Assembly (NCBI GenBank): GCA_051362555.1
Contig: CM120645.1
Location: 13,392,001-13,456,000, forward strand
Source of the DNA: Lingula anatina
Taxonomy: Eukaryota; Animalia; Brachiopoda
Length of the DNA: 64,000 nucleotides
Reading direction: 5' to 3'
Position 1 is the stretch's first letter; every line of letters starts with the position of its first letter. The notes beneath the pieces are model-generated. The model was not told where the DNA came from, did not search any database, and saw only the letters and a list, made by a program, of their open reading frames with translations. The position numbers and the translations under genes are program-made. Below, piece after piece: positions 26,476 to 39,676 of the stretch.

Positions 26476-27598
26476 TGAGAAAGAATGAGGATATGGAATA
26501 TAGTTGATGATATGATTGGATAATATAATATATGTATCTTCTTCATCACAAGTGGGATGACATCCAATATTTGAGATCCAATTGACAAACACACGATGCA
26601 GATTGACTGACAGTTGGCAGGTTAAGGCTTTTATTTATGTCCAAATCAAATGATACTGTAACGATTTTATTTTAAGTAATTGGCAATGTTTAAACGGTTA
26701 TTCGAAATGATTTACAAAATTACAAACTATGGCACGACCAAAATAGTACAGTAATCACTTCAATCAATGACTTTCGTACGACTTTGAAAAAGGTCTTTAC
26801 ATGATACCAAAAAGTTGTTATTATAGCCAAACATTGAAGAAGATATCATTAGTGCTGGATATATATTTATATATACAAAACATAAATGCGGAGAGTCTAT
26901 CAAGTAACGCTGAAAAACAGAGTAATGATATGAGATTTTGGGATGCAATTATAACTTTAGGGTGCTATGGTTTTAAGTTTTCTAGTTTTTATCTCTCTCT
27001 TTCACACATGCACCACTAAAATATTTGATTTTTCTTCTCCTTAAAGCTAATCACAATCTGTGTACATGTAGCACGGAATTCTAAAAAATTCTAAAAAAAG
27101 ATAAAACACAACTAGGACCACTTCATAACAGCCTCAATCCATGTTATATCAACTGCAGCATCTTGTAGACTAGTTTTGGATTTTAAATTTGGAATTATTG
27201 TTTCTGTATTTCGGTGCCAACGAACAACACATCGCAGCTGGACTGCAGATGAAAGTGAATATTGTGCTATAGTTTTATACCGGTGGGCGAAAAGGAATCA
27301 CGATTAACGTCTACAGTTGGATTGAGATTGTGCTATTCATTTTGTTGATGTGATACTGTATGTTAAGTAAGTTTTAGGTCTTTTCATTTTAATAAAATAA
27401 ATGAAATGTAAATGCACCAAGTGTTGTTTGAACAAAAATTCATTAAAAACATGTTCTTTTAAAAGGATGTAGCTGTGAATACATGACGGTGATCTCACAA
27501 TGCAAAAATTTGACGGTTTCAAGGAAATAAAGAGAATGATTTTAGAGTGAAAATAAGCAAGTCCTTACCTCATTCCAGCTACTGTTCCCCAGTAATAA

Positions 27599-27823
27599 GG
27601 GTGCTTTCCCAGAGATTTAGATCGATCTAAAGATTAAGACTTAGATCGACCTAACTCCCTGGGGGTTCACACTAAATTGCAGTCAGCCGAGCGGGCACCA
27701 TAGTTAATTACCCCCTTACAGCTTTTAGTAGGCGGGACAGACGCTTAAGCCGGCCAAGCTGACAGTAATCTAGGGAGACTCCCCACAGGGATAGATCGAT
27801 CTAAAAATCTATGGAAATGGGGT
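27599..27823. mobile_element. Fold-back MITE, same family as 32479-32912
   Basis: TTCCCAGAGATTTAGATCGATC...GATAGATCGATCTAAAAATCTATGGAAATGGGG. The internal sequence is nearly identical to 32723-32912. Confidence 0.8.
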
Positions 27824-27998
27824 GTAAGACAAGGCGATAATTCATATCTAACATGACCTGCGTGACAATTTAAACTGACCAAGTATTCGGCTGTAGATAA
27901 ATACATGTTGCTTAGATCAGAAGCCCCAAGTGTGACTGGGGGGGGGGGGATATAACATCAGGAGTCTGAATTTTCCTAGACCTTTATTTCTCTCTTAT

Positions 27999-28207
27999 GG
28001 TTGCATGCAGAACAGATGTTCCTCGATCTACTGGTCCGCGAATCAAGTATAGTCGATCCAACATGAAAGTAAGATCGCCTAATCCTTTAATGGTCTCTCC
28101 GCCTCTCGTACGTCTCCCACGCGTCGTCCCTCGACCGGTCGAATTGAGCCGCAATTTAATTACTGTGCTCTGCAGGGAAGACGCGTGGGGAGGCGTGTAA
28201 GAGCCGA
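27999..28207. mobile_element. Partial fold-back MITE related to 32956-33243
   Basis: Shares CATGAAAG..AGATCGC.TAATCCTT.AA.GGTCTCTCCG and the CCCACGCGTC/GACGCGTGGG stem. The loop is inverted relative to the 33-kb copy. Confidence 0.7.
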
Positions 28208-28714
28208 CACTCTTATAGTTGCGGGTCTCTTGGCTTAACCCATGGTTTGAGATACTGATTGTAAACTCTCCAAACTGAATGAAACATGTTACAGTATAGA
28301 TTCAGCATGCGTTTGTGCTGCTTGAGACTGGGACTGAAGACATACCTGTATGTTTATATATGTCTGTGGAGACCCCCCCCCCCCGTCTCTCTCTCTCTCA
28401 CACACACATAACTCGACTGTAATATTAAATTACGCATGGCAACACACATTAGTACACATTAGTATAGATGGACAGTTTTATCACACAGAGACATAAAAGG
28501 ATGATTAACCCCAAAACGATGGTGTCTGTTGAAAGGATCGTAAATCATAATGGGAGATGTATCACTTTATGTAACGTGGAAATTATGTACTCCTGTTACA
28601 CCCGTTTTTCTCCATTTTATTGTCATAGCAGACCGTTTAACACACCGTTGTGGCGTAACGAAAAGCCTACATCATATTATGTCATATCATAATACACGAA
28701 TCGGCGAGACAGCA

Positions 28715-30148
28715 ATGGCGAGAATGATTTTTTCTAAGCGTCTTTTTCAAGGCATGTTTTTTAGAAGTTTCACACATAAAGCGGTTTCTCTGAAAATGGT
28801 GAGTGCACATCTAATGATGAATGATACGCTTTTGAAAGAAAGGAGACAGTGAGAATTACTGAGTGCATGTTATTTCCGGAGAAATGATTAAGGTCAGGCC
28901 ACTAGGGCCCATTCCCAATGAGACTATCATTCTATGTAGTTCGATCCATTTGCAAAAGGGACTCTCGCTAAATGCAATTATATTAACATATTAAAACGCC
29001 TCATTTTGTTTCCAACGCACTTGTACAAACACCAGCTCTTCAGTATTCTACTTACGCCAATCTGATTGTATTCAGCGAGACTCCCCGCGGAGGCAGATCG
29101 ATCTACGTAGAACAATCTTTTCAATGGGAGTGAGCCCCTAGATGCATATCACATACGCAAAAGCAAGTCCCCGTTGTTCTGATATTATTTTCCATAAATC
29201 TGTCGCACAGAGTTACTCGGTACTGTAACTTATGTCTATAAGCATAATTTGTCGCCTTGTTCCGTACATACACTATTTTAATTTAAATAAAAAAATATTA
29301 AAGTATTAATGAATAAATTAAGAACATCACCACAATGTAGGACTCTTATTTCAGACTCCCCACGACTACCCACCTATAACAGGATCAGAGCATTGGAAAA
29401 GAAAACTCCGCACTTTATTCAGAGCTAGAGACGCGGACAAGGATGGGTTTCTCACGAAGAAGGATTTCGAGATGTGTGCACACCGGGTTTCTAGTTACAT
29501 GGAGCTTAACGGTAAAAAAAAAAATCATCCAAAGATTACATTGTTTGTTAGCTGGTGAAAATATTTCCGATACACGAAGAAGTGATTGGCGTTTAATAGT
29601 GCATTGATTGCAAACATGACATGATCAATGTGTACGATATATACATATGAAAATATATCGAGTAGTAATGATCAAAGTTTACTAACCCATCCAAATATAG
29701 GAAACTGCACTAATACTGTATCCCGTGTGGTTATGGATTCAATTGTCTTTTCAGAAAGCATGGCAAGAGAGGTCTTGAAAAAGCGGCAATACACTTGGGA
29801 AGAACTGTCCCGTGGAGCTAGTGACCCTGACAACCTAGAACTTTCCGAAGACGAGTTTCTCCATCAGTTACACCGTGCAGTTAACGCGTCCCTCCGCGTC
29901 GCCGCTCTGGGTCTTGCGATTCCATTGACATCGACGGCGACGGTTTCATCTCCCCAAAGGAACACAAGGCGTTTTTCTATGGTAATGGGCTTTCAGCTGA
30001 TAAGTCAGGAGATGTCTTCAAAGTGCTTGATACAGATGGCGATGGCATTATAAGCAGAGATGAGTTCGTGCAGGGCCATGTTGACTTCTTTTATAGCGAA
30101 GACGAAAACAGCCCCTATGTTTGTTTCATGGGCCCTCTTGTAGAGTAG
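28715..30148 (+). pseudogene. SCP-like EF-hand gene A with 28-aa leader; 13-nt frameshifting deletion in exon 3
   Basis: Exons 28715-28798 (MARMIFSKRLFQGMFFRSFTHKAVSLKM), 29355-29511 (TPHDYPPITGSEHWKRKLRTLFRARDADKDGFLTKKDFEM...) and 29755-30148. Relative to paralogues, 13 nt are missing at 29917/29918, just before EF3. The downstream EF3/EF4 frame is otherwise intact to ...FMGPLVE*. Confidence 0.85.
28905..29138. mobile_element. Degenerate fold-back MITE in SCP-A intron 1
   Basis: TA|GGGCCCATTCCCAATGAGA...TTTCAATGGGAGTGAGCCCC|TA, with internal arms ACTCTCGCTAAATGCAAT and ATTGTATTCAGCGAGACT. Confidence 0.7.
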
Positions 30149-31037
30149 TAACATTGACCATCAACTGGCCTTAGATGTTTCTGGAATCAATTTTCATGAT
30201 CACTATTAGTGGTCTGCTTTACTGTATTGTGTTATACAGGCACGCCTATATATGATAAACATGTGGCTTGTTTGATGCAAAAGGGCCTTTTAACATAATC
30301 TGTGTAACTTTAAGTATAATGCACATATAACTACATGTTTTGTTAATCTGAATAGCACCAGGTATGATATTGCAACATTTCATTTAAGTCTTTACTGCAA
30401 CAGAAAAGTAAGTTCGTGCTCAATGACCCTTGTTAGATATCTAAAATAAGCCATATATCTCAGTTTTTTTTACAATGACTTGCATTACAGAAGAAGGGCA
30501 TAGAATTCTTATATTTTCTCTCATTGCTGTTATATATAACCGCTCTTCATCAATCGACGACCTCACGGTGAGGGGACACTATGTAATGTTTGGACCGTCT
30601 AGACCCTCAATTGATATGCTGTGACTGAGTGTGCTGTGAGAGTGCAGTAGCAGATTCTCTTTGTTTGAAAGACACCATCATCATATAAATAATATGATAT
30701 CTGTCAAATTACTGGCATGAACTTGTTGTATTTCCATTATGGTTTTGGAGTAGAAGTGACAGAGAAAAGATGTTTCACTGTTTGGTTGATTATGTTCAAG
30801 CTCAAATGGTGTTTGTACCAAATGTTACTAAAATCCATGTCAACTCCGATCATACGTCGTAAATTAACCCGTCATCCTCTCACCAGAGATGAATAACGCA
30901 ATAAACATACTGGTAAAATATTCAGCATTTTATTATTTCAAGGTTACTTGAATATGTATACTGAAGGGAGCCCTCTTGTTTGAGCCATTAGTCAACTTAA
31001 ATGACATACACACACACACATACAGCCTCCGAAAGAT

Positions 31038-31350
31038 GAACAAAGATCCCCGTGTAACGCATGGCCACGTTTTCCCCTGTTATCCCACAAAAACCCTATT
31101 AACCTGTTTCAAGTTACCTGAAGTTTCATCAAGTCTGGTATGCGACGTCACCAACACGAAACTCGACCCTGGACTAATGGCATCTAATTGTGTCTGGCAG
31201 CGAGGATATGACAAAGTGTCAATCAAGCGCTTTCATCGCAGGGAAGTAAGGTGGTAATTGGTTGCCTTTAGACCTGGAACAAGTTCGTTCTCACAGACAG
31301 GATTACATTATAATCCCGCACCTATAATATTTTCTATGTTGGCAGGATGG
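31038..31350 (+). mobile_element. Possible short non-autonomous Helitron/Helentron-type interspersed repeat
   Basis: Starts AACAAAGATCCCC, contains CTGAAGTTTCATCAA, and ends with the small stem ATCCCGCAC...GTTGGCAGGAT. TTTAGACCTGGAAC also occurs inverted at ~9852-9865. Confidence 0.4.
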
Positions 31351-31584
31351 CGTGATGTCGAATAGTATTTGTAATGGTTCGTATGTTATATAGATACGAG
31401 AGCATCCAGGCTTTCATTGAATGTCACCACCAGATTATTTAACATTTTACGAAATCGGTCCTCGTACATGTAATGCTTAATGAGATGACTCACGGTGAGA
31501 AAACCCGTTATAAACTCAGTAAAATGAGTTTTAGTTTAAAGCTTACGTTCCAGTTGCAAAAATACCACGGTCGACAAGACACCT

Positions 31585-34097
31585 ATGTCTGGAAAATATT
31601 TTACTCAACGTCTCCTGCAAGGCATGTTTTCTCGTGGTATTACACAGCAGGCTATTTCATTGAAAAGGGTAAGTACACACGCTTAAATCAATTCTCAGTA
31701 AATAGATTTTACACAATTTAGTATTTTTGTCGAGAAAGAAAAGTGAATGGAACAAAATGGCTCACTTTATTTAAAGTCCTTTTTGCATATCGTTTCTATA
31801 TATCATCGTATACGCATTGCATTTCGTTGGAATTTTTCAAATGAAATGAGTACAAATGTAAATAAAATTTTATTTTGAAGGAAACTGGATTTACATCCCA
31901 CCCAATATACATCGCAAATAAAATGTTTCTTTTTGTAAAAATAAACAGTTTATAAAAATGTAGGTTCGCGGTGATAGATTAAAAAAACCTGGTACCTTTA
32001 GTGGGTGATTTGAGAGAAAGTAGTCGTGTCTTTGGGAGTGTACGTTAGTATAATATTGAATGTATTATTGGGTGTATGAACATGGTCATTCGTTATGAAG
32101 TTTTTTTTCGAGCATTCGGCTCTCGTAGTCATAGATTGCAAAACTAAGCCCCTTATGCAACTTGGTGCTTTGCATCGCGATCAACTTATGTACAAGTCCC
32201 AAGATGAGATCGAAGTATCATTGTTTACACACGCACTTTTGGAAAAAATATTCCCATAAATATTGATAAACGCCAAATATAAAATTCAAGAAACTTTGAC
32301 CATGTTTCAGACTCCTCAAGACTACCCACCTGTGACAGGGACGGAACACTGGAAGAGAAAAATCCGCACTTTATTCAGATCTCTCGATGTGAACGGCGAC
32401 GGGTATATAACGAGGAAAGCGTATGAGATGAGTGCCCAGCGTGTCAGCAGTTACATGAACCTCGATGGTAATTAACTAAGAGTACATTCCCAGAGATTTA
32501 GATCGATCCAGAGATATAGACTTTAGATCGATCTATCCCTGTGGGGAGTCTCACTAGATTACTGTCAGCTTAGCCGGCTTAAGCGTCTGTCCCGCGTACT
32601 AAAAGCTGTAAGGGGGTAATTTACTACCGTGCGCGCTTGGCTGACATCAATTAAGCGTGAACCCCCAGGGAGTTAGGTAGATCTAGATGGGTCGATCAAA
32701 ATCTATGGGAATGCACTCTTATATTTAGATTGACCTAACTCCCTGGGGTTTCACGGTAAATTGCAGTCAGCCGAGCGCGCACCATAGTGCGACCTGGATA
32801 TTACCCCCTTACAGCTTTTAGCTTTGACAGACGCTTAAGCCGGCTAAGCTGACAGTAATCTAGTGAGATTCCCCACAGGGATAGATCGATCTAAAATCTA
32901 TGGAAATGGGATCTTACATGTCATGATCCTGATATATTGTCAGTTATATCCTGTAGCCCCATTCAGAATGAGAAGATCCGAATGCTTACTGGTCCACGAC
33001 TTACATATGTTGGACCTTCATGAAAGATAGATCGCTTAATCCTTGAAAGGTCTCTCCGTCTCTAACACGCCTCCCCACGCGTCCTCCCTGCAGGGGTACA
33101 GTAATTAAATTTCGTCTCTATTCGACCAGACGCGTGGGAATGCGTGTGAGAGGCAGAGAGACCATTACAGGATTAAGCGGTCTTCTTTTCATGTAGCATA
33201 TAATCGGACCAGTTGATGCTCGGATCTTCCATTTTGAATGGCCACATATATATGGAGAACAAAGAGAGCATTCACATCGAGAAGAGCCGAGGTCTAGCAA
33301 GGCCGAGACCTAAATATGGAGGGCCTACATGAAAGGAAAACCGCTTAATCCTTTAATGGTCTCTCAATGACATGAAATGAAGGATTACGCGGTTTTCCTT
33401 TCATGTACGTCCGACGTATTTAGGTCTCAGCCTTGCTAGATCTCGGCTCTTCTCGATGTGAATGCTCTTGAAGTGTTATGTTGTTGCTTTGCCAAAACAA
33501 CAAATTAGATTTGTCTAAGTATAATCAATTTGAAAAGTTTTATAGTTCAATTTAACTACAATGAAGGTTTTTTATACGTGTATGTGGCGACATTAATTTG
33601 CGTTTAGGACATCAAAACATTATTTGTTTAAATCGCACACTGACTATTATTCTGTACTTTGGGGATTTGTTGTTTCAGAAAACAAGGCAAAAGAGGTAAT
33701 GGAACACCGTGTAAAAATCTGGGAGGCATATGACAGAGGAACGCATTCGGATGACCACCAGGTGTCCGAAGACGAGTATCTGTCCGAACTGCTGACTGTC
33801 ATCAATACCACCTTCCGTGAGGCGTTCCTTGCTTTGGCCACTTATGAATTCGACGCTTATGATATGGACGGCGACGGGTTCATCTCCCCAAAGGAGCATG
33901 AAGTGTTTTTCTATAGTTGGGGAATTCCCACGGAGCACTCGGCAGGTGCATTTAAGGCAGTTGATATCAACGGCGATGGCTTGATAAGCAGAGAGGAGTT
34001 TATTCAAGCGGGGGTTGATTTTTTGTTTGGCGAAGATGAAAACAGCCCCTACAATATTTTCTTAGGGCCACTTGCAAACGTCCCTCTCCCTCAATAG
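31585..34097 (+). CDS. SCP-like EF-hand Ca-binding protein B with putative mitochondrial leader (intact)
   Basis: Exons 31585-31668 (MSGKYFTQRLLQGMFSRGITQQAISLKR), 32311-32467 and 33679-34097. EF loops DVNGDGYITRKA, DMDGDGFISPKE and DINGDGLISREE, with EF2 degenerate as in the SCP/aequorin family. C-terminus NIFLGPLANVPLPQ. Confidence 0.9.
32479..33468. mobile_element. Cluster of four fold-back MITEs filling SCP-B intron 2
   Basis: 32479-32719 (TA|AGAGTACATTCCC...GGGAATGCACTCT|TA); 32723-32912 (inverted partial copy of the same element); 32956-33243 (GCCCCATTCAGAATG...CATTTTGAATGGCC); 33265-33468 (AGAGCATTCACATCGAGAAGAGCCGAG...CTCGGCTCTTCTCGATGTGAATGCTCT). Confidence 0.85.
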
Positions 34098-35758
34098 TTA
34101 CCTTATTTTTTTCATATTGGGAATGAGGGATTTGGTTCAGTAAACAGTTCTTAAACTTCTTTTAAAATAGACACCGAGTCATGTTTGAACCGATGGAGGT
34201 TGCATGCCGCCAGGCTTGAGAATGATATACCTTATCGCCATTTTTACTCAAATCTAATAATAATGAGCATTATTTCATAAAGTTGAAATAGCAGTGGCTA
34301 TTGTTGCTACTACTACTATTCATGGACATGATAATTGTACTTATATATACACTGCCTATATTACATATACGTATTTGGTAATTAGGTAAAGATACACACA
34401 TCTTACAAAAAGATACACACATCTTACAAAATTTTAATTACACTTGTTTTATATTTATTTCACATGTTTGATTAATGCCAAGCTCTCTCAAGGGGATATG
34501 TGGCCTTCTATTTTCATCTATTGTCATCTCTTTTCTCTTATATGGTGATTTTCATATTTTATTAAAATTTATCACATAATCACCACACAGGCATAACAGT
34601 GATCTTCGTTACTTTTATGAACAACCTTGTTAGCCTTGCGTTTGGTTTTATCTGTTTTAGCATCACATGGTTTCGGTGATTCTTTGAGCATGCTTTCTGG
34701 TATTTGTCTCTTATGTCCAATTGTTTGGTCATGCAACATACATTGTACATTTATTAACAATTTTATTTTAATAGAATCTGTTTTCAAAAGAACTTATATT
34801 GAAAAAACGACTTGTTTTTGTTTCATTTGCATGTCTTATGATAAAATATTTTGTGCCTGCAATCATATAAATGTAGAGGAAAGATAAGTTGATATTTGTA
34901 ACAAAATCAGCAAGCGTTATTTGGTTTGACAATCATCTGTGTATATGGCCTACTCAAAACCCAAAATGTGCAGAAAAAATAAAATAGCAAAGATATGACG
35001 TGGATTCGATTTTGAGAAGAAAAAAGGCGCGACACTTTTCAAAAACTGTATGTTTATTTCTCAACTGATTTGTGTAAGGAAGGCCTTAATTATGAGAAAA
35101 TTGACTTAGTTAAGGAAAATCGATGCCATACTTTTAACTAAGTCTTAATTCGTTACATGTGCATCTGCACAGCTCGATACAAACACTGTTATCCTAGCCG
35201 ACACCAAGGGAAGACGCAGACGCAAGACGTTCTTAGATAACAAAACTTGGACAGGAACAACAGCCAGCAACTGCGCAGAAACATCACATGGTCGAAAGGC
35301 TTGGCGATCCGCTTGGGCCACCTGATTGATCGACCATATATGCCTTTAATTTAAACAAATGATAAATACGGGATACTGCTGCTGTAGCAATGTTTTTTGT
35401 CCTAGGGAATACTATAATACATTGACCAAATCACCAGAGAGTGACACAGCAAACCACATGAAGACATTAATTTTAATACACTGCACCAGATGTGCTTGTA
35501 GCAATGTGAGGACATATTTAACTTTCAGGTACTATCAACAATCTGCCTTCATACACAGACGTTTTATCACATAGAGATACATTATGCCTGTTGACAGGTA
35601 AGCTGAAAGTGGGCGTTGTATTTATAGGACCTGGATATTATATACCCATATCACATCAAGCTTTCTTTTATTGTTATAAAATTATATCAAAAAACATTGT
35701 GATTTAGTTTGGCGTACATTTGAGTTGTGAGGCTGCAGCAGACGGTAGCTAGACACCA

Positions 35759-38209
35759 ATGGCGGGAACCATGTTTTCCAAACGTCTTATTCTAGGCGTG
35801 TTTTCTCGAGGCTTTTCACAGAAGGCAATTTCTCTGAAAATGGTGAGTGCACATTCTAAAGCCTATACTTAATGATAAATATATAGATATATTTTGGGTA
35901 AAACGGAAAAAAATAGATAATACACGCTTTGTTTTCACAGCTCCATGGGATCCACTTGGATATAAATGTTTAAAAGATGTGGACTGCAATGCACTGATTG
36001 AACAATACAACACTATGAATGTTTTTACAATATTTGAATTTTAAAGTAAATGAAATTTACATCACAAAATTGCCCAGAAAATAGCCAAGTAAATGCTCGT
36101 TTTCGAACTTGAGAAAAGCACTGCACTTAACGTTACACGAGAGATTGATTATACTCGATTATCCTCATATAAAAACCACCGATTTGTAGAAAAAAGTGCA
36201 TTATAAAATGAACGCCCCACTTTGCAAAAATGGAGCCCCAGATCTACTCGTAGGTCACGTGGTACTGTGACGCAATTTGTCATCATCAGCTGGGCTACAC
36301 ACTGAAAAAATCAAGATACAGGTATGCTGAACGAAATTTGGCGATTAAGACCCCACCGTCGCTTCGCGATATGCCTCCGTGTGTTGCTGTGTGGGGTGGA
36401 CTAATAAGGGGATGGGGGCAAGGGATCTGGGACCCATATATGTGTTCTTCCCATAGGATCCAGACTTGAAAAAAATGTGGACAGCATAAAAGTTTCACAT
36501 TAACCAAACACTCGAGTCTTCGCTCTGATCACTTTTTAAAGGGACACGTAAGATCGAAAACCTTAGATTTTACGGATGTTGAGCACTGAAAATGTGAAGC
36601 CTGGACTATAACTTGGTGCTATATCTGTAGTGCCGTATTTTTTTCATAAGAAAGTAGTCATAACTTCTGTTTAATGTTGATGATCTTTGCCTGCATGGTA
36701 GCATGACACATGCCAACCAATCAACGCTTTAAAAACGCTTTAAAGGGAATCACGTTCTGAAATATATCTTTTGCTAACGGCTGTACAATTATAACCAAGA
36801 CAATTTGCAAAGTAATAACTTAAAATGGCAAAGCTTTTAATTTTCAAACATGTGTCAATAGAATAACAAATGAAGACATCCATCCTCTTCTTTAAACTTG
36901 AAAAAACTTTTAAAAAATAATAAAACTATTTCTTTAATTTTTAAAAATATTTGCATTATATATGTACCTTGGTATTATGATTAAAATAGTTTCTTTTTAT
37001 GAATTAACCATACTATTCTCGATTTTTGAAATGGAAACCACTTGTAAGGTGCATATTCTTAGTCGGCCTTAGAGGATGTCTCAAAATGGAGCTTAGTTAC
37101 TGACTGATCAGATTGACGGTTCTCAACTTTGACTCTCATAACTGAGACACAATTTGAAATTATTACTTTCGATGTTTATTTACCTAATTGTCGTAAAACT
37201 GAATCACACATAATGTTAACAACTTATTTAAATATAATATATGGTACATGTATGACTAAATCTGCGACACTAATTTCAGACGCCTCATGACTACCCAATT
37301 GTAAAAGGATCGGAATACTGGAGGAGAAAATTGCGCACTTTCTTTAAGGCGATGGATGCAACCAGAGACGGATATATAACAAAGGAAGATTATGAATTCA
37401 GTGCACATCGTCTGGCAAGTTATATGGGCCTCGATGGTAACTTAATCTTGAAATGTTTTGATGAATAGCGTTATTTCAGTATGAAGAAAGCTAACGGCAA
37501 TCAATATAAACGGTACATTTAATGTATATTTGACAAAATTAATACTTACCAATAACATATTATGATATTGGAAGACGCCATGGTTGATTGAACTGTATAG
37601 TCTCGGGTCTGTAGACGCAATTTCCAAAGGGGGGGGGGGGTTCTTTTTTTGAAAAAGTGGACCTTTTCCCATAAAAACGTCATGTCCCTATATCAAATTT
37701 TACCCAGAGTTGACCTTTTCCCAGCAAAAGGGGCGGTTCTTTCGAACCCCCCGAACCCCCCTGGCTACGGGCCTGAGTCTGGACTGTGTTTACACGTATT
37801 TCTTTCAGAAACAAAGGCAAAGGAGGTGCTGTGCATAGAAGTGTGGGAAGCATTTAGCAAAGATCCAAAGAATTCTGAAGTGTACAAGATATCCGAAGAC
37901 GAGTTCATATCCAACTACCTTGATGTCATCAATACCAGTTTCCGTGACGCGCTTGTAGATTTTGCCAGTCGTGAATTCGATGTTTATGATCTTGACGAAG
38001 ACGGTTTCATATCATCAAAGGAGCACAAAGCGTTTTTCTACAGTTGGAGAATTCCGACGGATTACTCGGCAGACACATTTAAGGCACTGGATACCGATGG
38101 CGATGGCTTGATAAGCAGAGATGAATACATCCAAGGCGCGGCTGATTTCATGTTTAGCGAAGATGAAAACAGCCCTTACAAAAATTTCCTGGGACCACTG
38201 TTAGAATAG
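35759..38209 (+). CDS. SCP-like EF-hand protein C with leader (intact; 2-codon in-frame deletion at the start of exon 3)
   Basis: Exons 35759-35842 (MAGTMFSKRLILGVFSRGFSQKAISLKM), 37280-37436 and 37809-38209. Loops DATRDGYITKED, DLDEDGFISSKE and DTDGDGLISRDE. Candidate upstream non-coding exon donor CAG|GTAAGC at 35597. Confidence 0.88.
37603..37776. mobile_element. Small TIR element in SCP-C intron 2
   Basis: CGGGTCTGTAGAC...GGCTACGGGCCTG with G and C runs. Absent from the short homologous intron of SCP-D (41194-41328). Confidence 0.55.
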
Positions 38210-38633
38210 GAAAATCACGAAACTTAGAATCAGAGGTTTAAAACACCCCTGGTATAGTAAACTTGAGGGCAAATGCAAGCTAAAAAAATGCAAGCGAAAA
38301 CTATTCTCTGAAATGAATTAACATGATTGACCATGCATCTAATGTACAGGAGCACATGGGATGGTGAATATAACACAACAAAAACAAAGTTTGTGCTTTA
38401 AAAGTGTTTACTTTTTATTGCACGAATATTAATATATATATATACTTAAAAAAAACTGGGAAAACTATTTTTTAAAAGATTCACATATAACAACGCATTT
38501 AATTTACCATAATGGAGATATTACTCTTGCCATCGTCGTCAAAATGTAATTGCTGACCTGAAGCTGACATGTTTTGTATTTTTTAATTTGTACTTTATTT
38601 GTGACATTACTACATGTTTTGCACTCATTACAG

Positions 38634-38855
38634 ACATCTCACGATAACCCGATTTTTAAGGGCTCGGAATACTGGATGGAGAAATTCTTTCGGACAAATT
38701 TAGGCGCGTTGCCAGCTATATGAACTTAAGTGGTAAGGTTTGGCATGCATTGATGATTGAATTGCGTATTTGCACTATCAAAATAACTTATGGCAGTTAA
38801 TACAAACGATTATGATCTTGACGGCGACGGTTTATCTCCCCAAAGGATCATGGAG
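38634..38855 (+). pseudogene. SCP-like remnant (deleted exon 2 plus EF3 fragment)
   Basis: ACATCTCACGATAACCCG...TCGGAATACTGG...ATGAACTTAAGTG|GTAAG, then GATTATGATCTTGACGGCGACGGTTTATCTCCCCAAAGGA. Confidence 0.8.
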
Positions 38856-39676
38856 TGATCATGAAAACAATTTGTTATTTTGTCCCAACTGATTCGTGTA
38901 AGAAAGGTCTTGATTATGAGAAGCTAAGAAAATCAAAGCCCATAAATCAAAACATATATCGGTACAGCTCCATTCAAAAACTGTTGTTCAAGCATACACC
39001 AAGGGAAGACGAAGACACAAACTCCCATGACGTATGTGGATAAAAAACACAAAAAATTGGACAGGAACAACAACCAGCAACTGTGCAGAGACATCACGTG
39101 ACCGAAGGGCTTGAGGTTCCGTTTGGGTCGAGCGTGATTTTCGTTTAATCAAATTATAAATTCTGGAAGCTGTTGCTAAAGCTATGATTTTTATGCTCAT
39201 TTCGTCATCTCCATCGTTTGGGCCAAGCACGGCGCCTGATCGATCAACCATTTATGCCTTTTGTTTAGACAAATGGTATATTCTGGAAGCTGTTGCGATA
39301 GGAATGTTTTTTGTTTTTGTTCTAAGGGATACTATAATATAGTAAGTCACCAGAGAGTGACACAGCAAACTACATGAAGACATTTATTTTAGTACACTGC
39401 ATCAGATGTGCCTGTAGCAATGTGAGGTCATATTAAACTTTCAGGTACTATCAACAATCTGCCTTGCTACACAGACATTCCGTCACGTACAGATACATTA
39501 TGCCTGTTGACAGATAAGGTGAAAAGGATGTTGTATTTATATAACCTGGATATTATATACCCACATCACATCAAGGTTTACCTTTAGTTGTCATAAAATT
39601 ATGTCAAAAAACCATTGTGGTTTAGTTTGGCGTACATTCGAGTTGTGAGGCTACAGCAGACGACAGCTAGACACCA

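Noticed and set aside
28715-28798. Leader as a secretory signal peptide or peroxisomal PTS2
   Set aside because: There is no uninterrupted hydrophobic core, since basic residues are spaced throughout. The RL motif is not followed by x5-H/Q-L/A.
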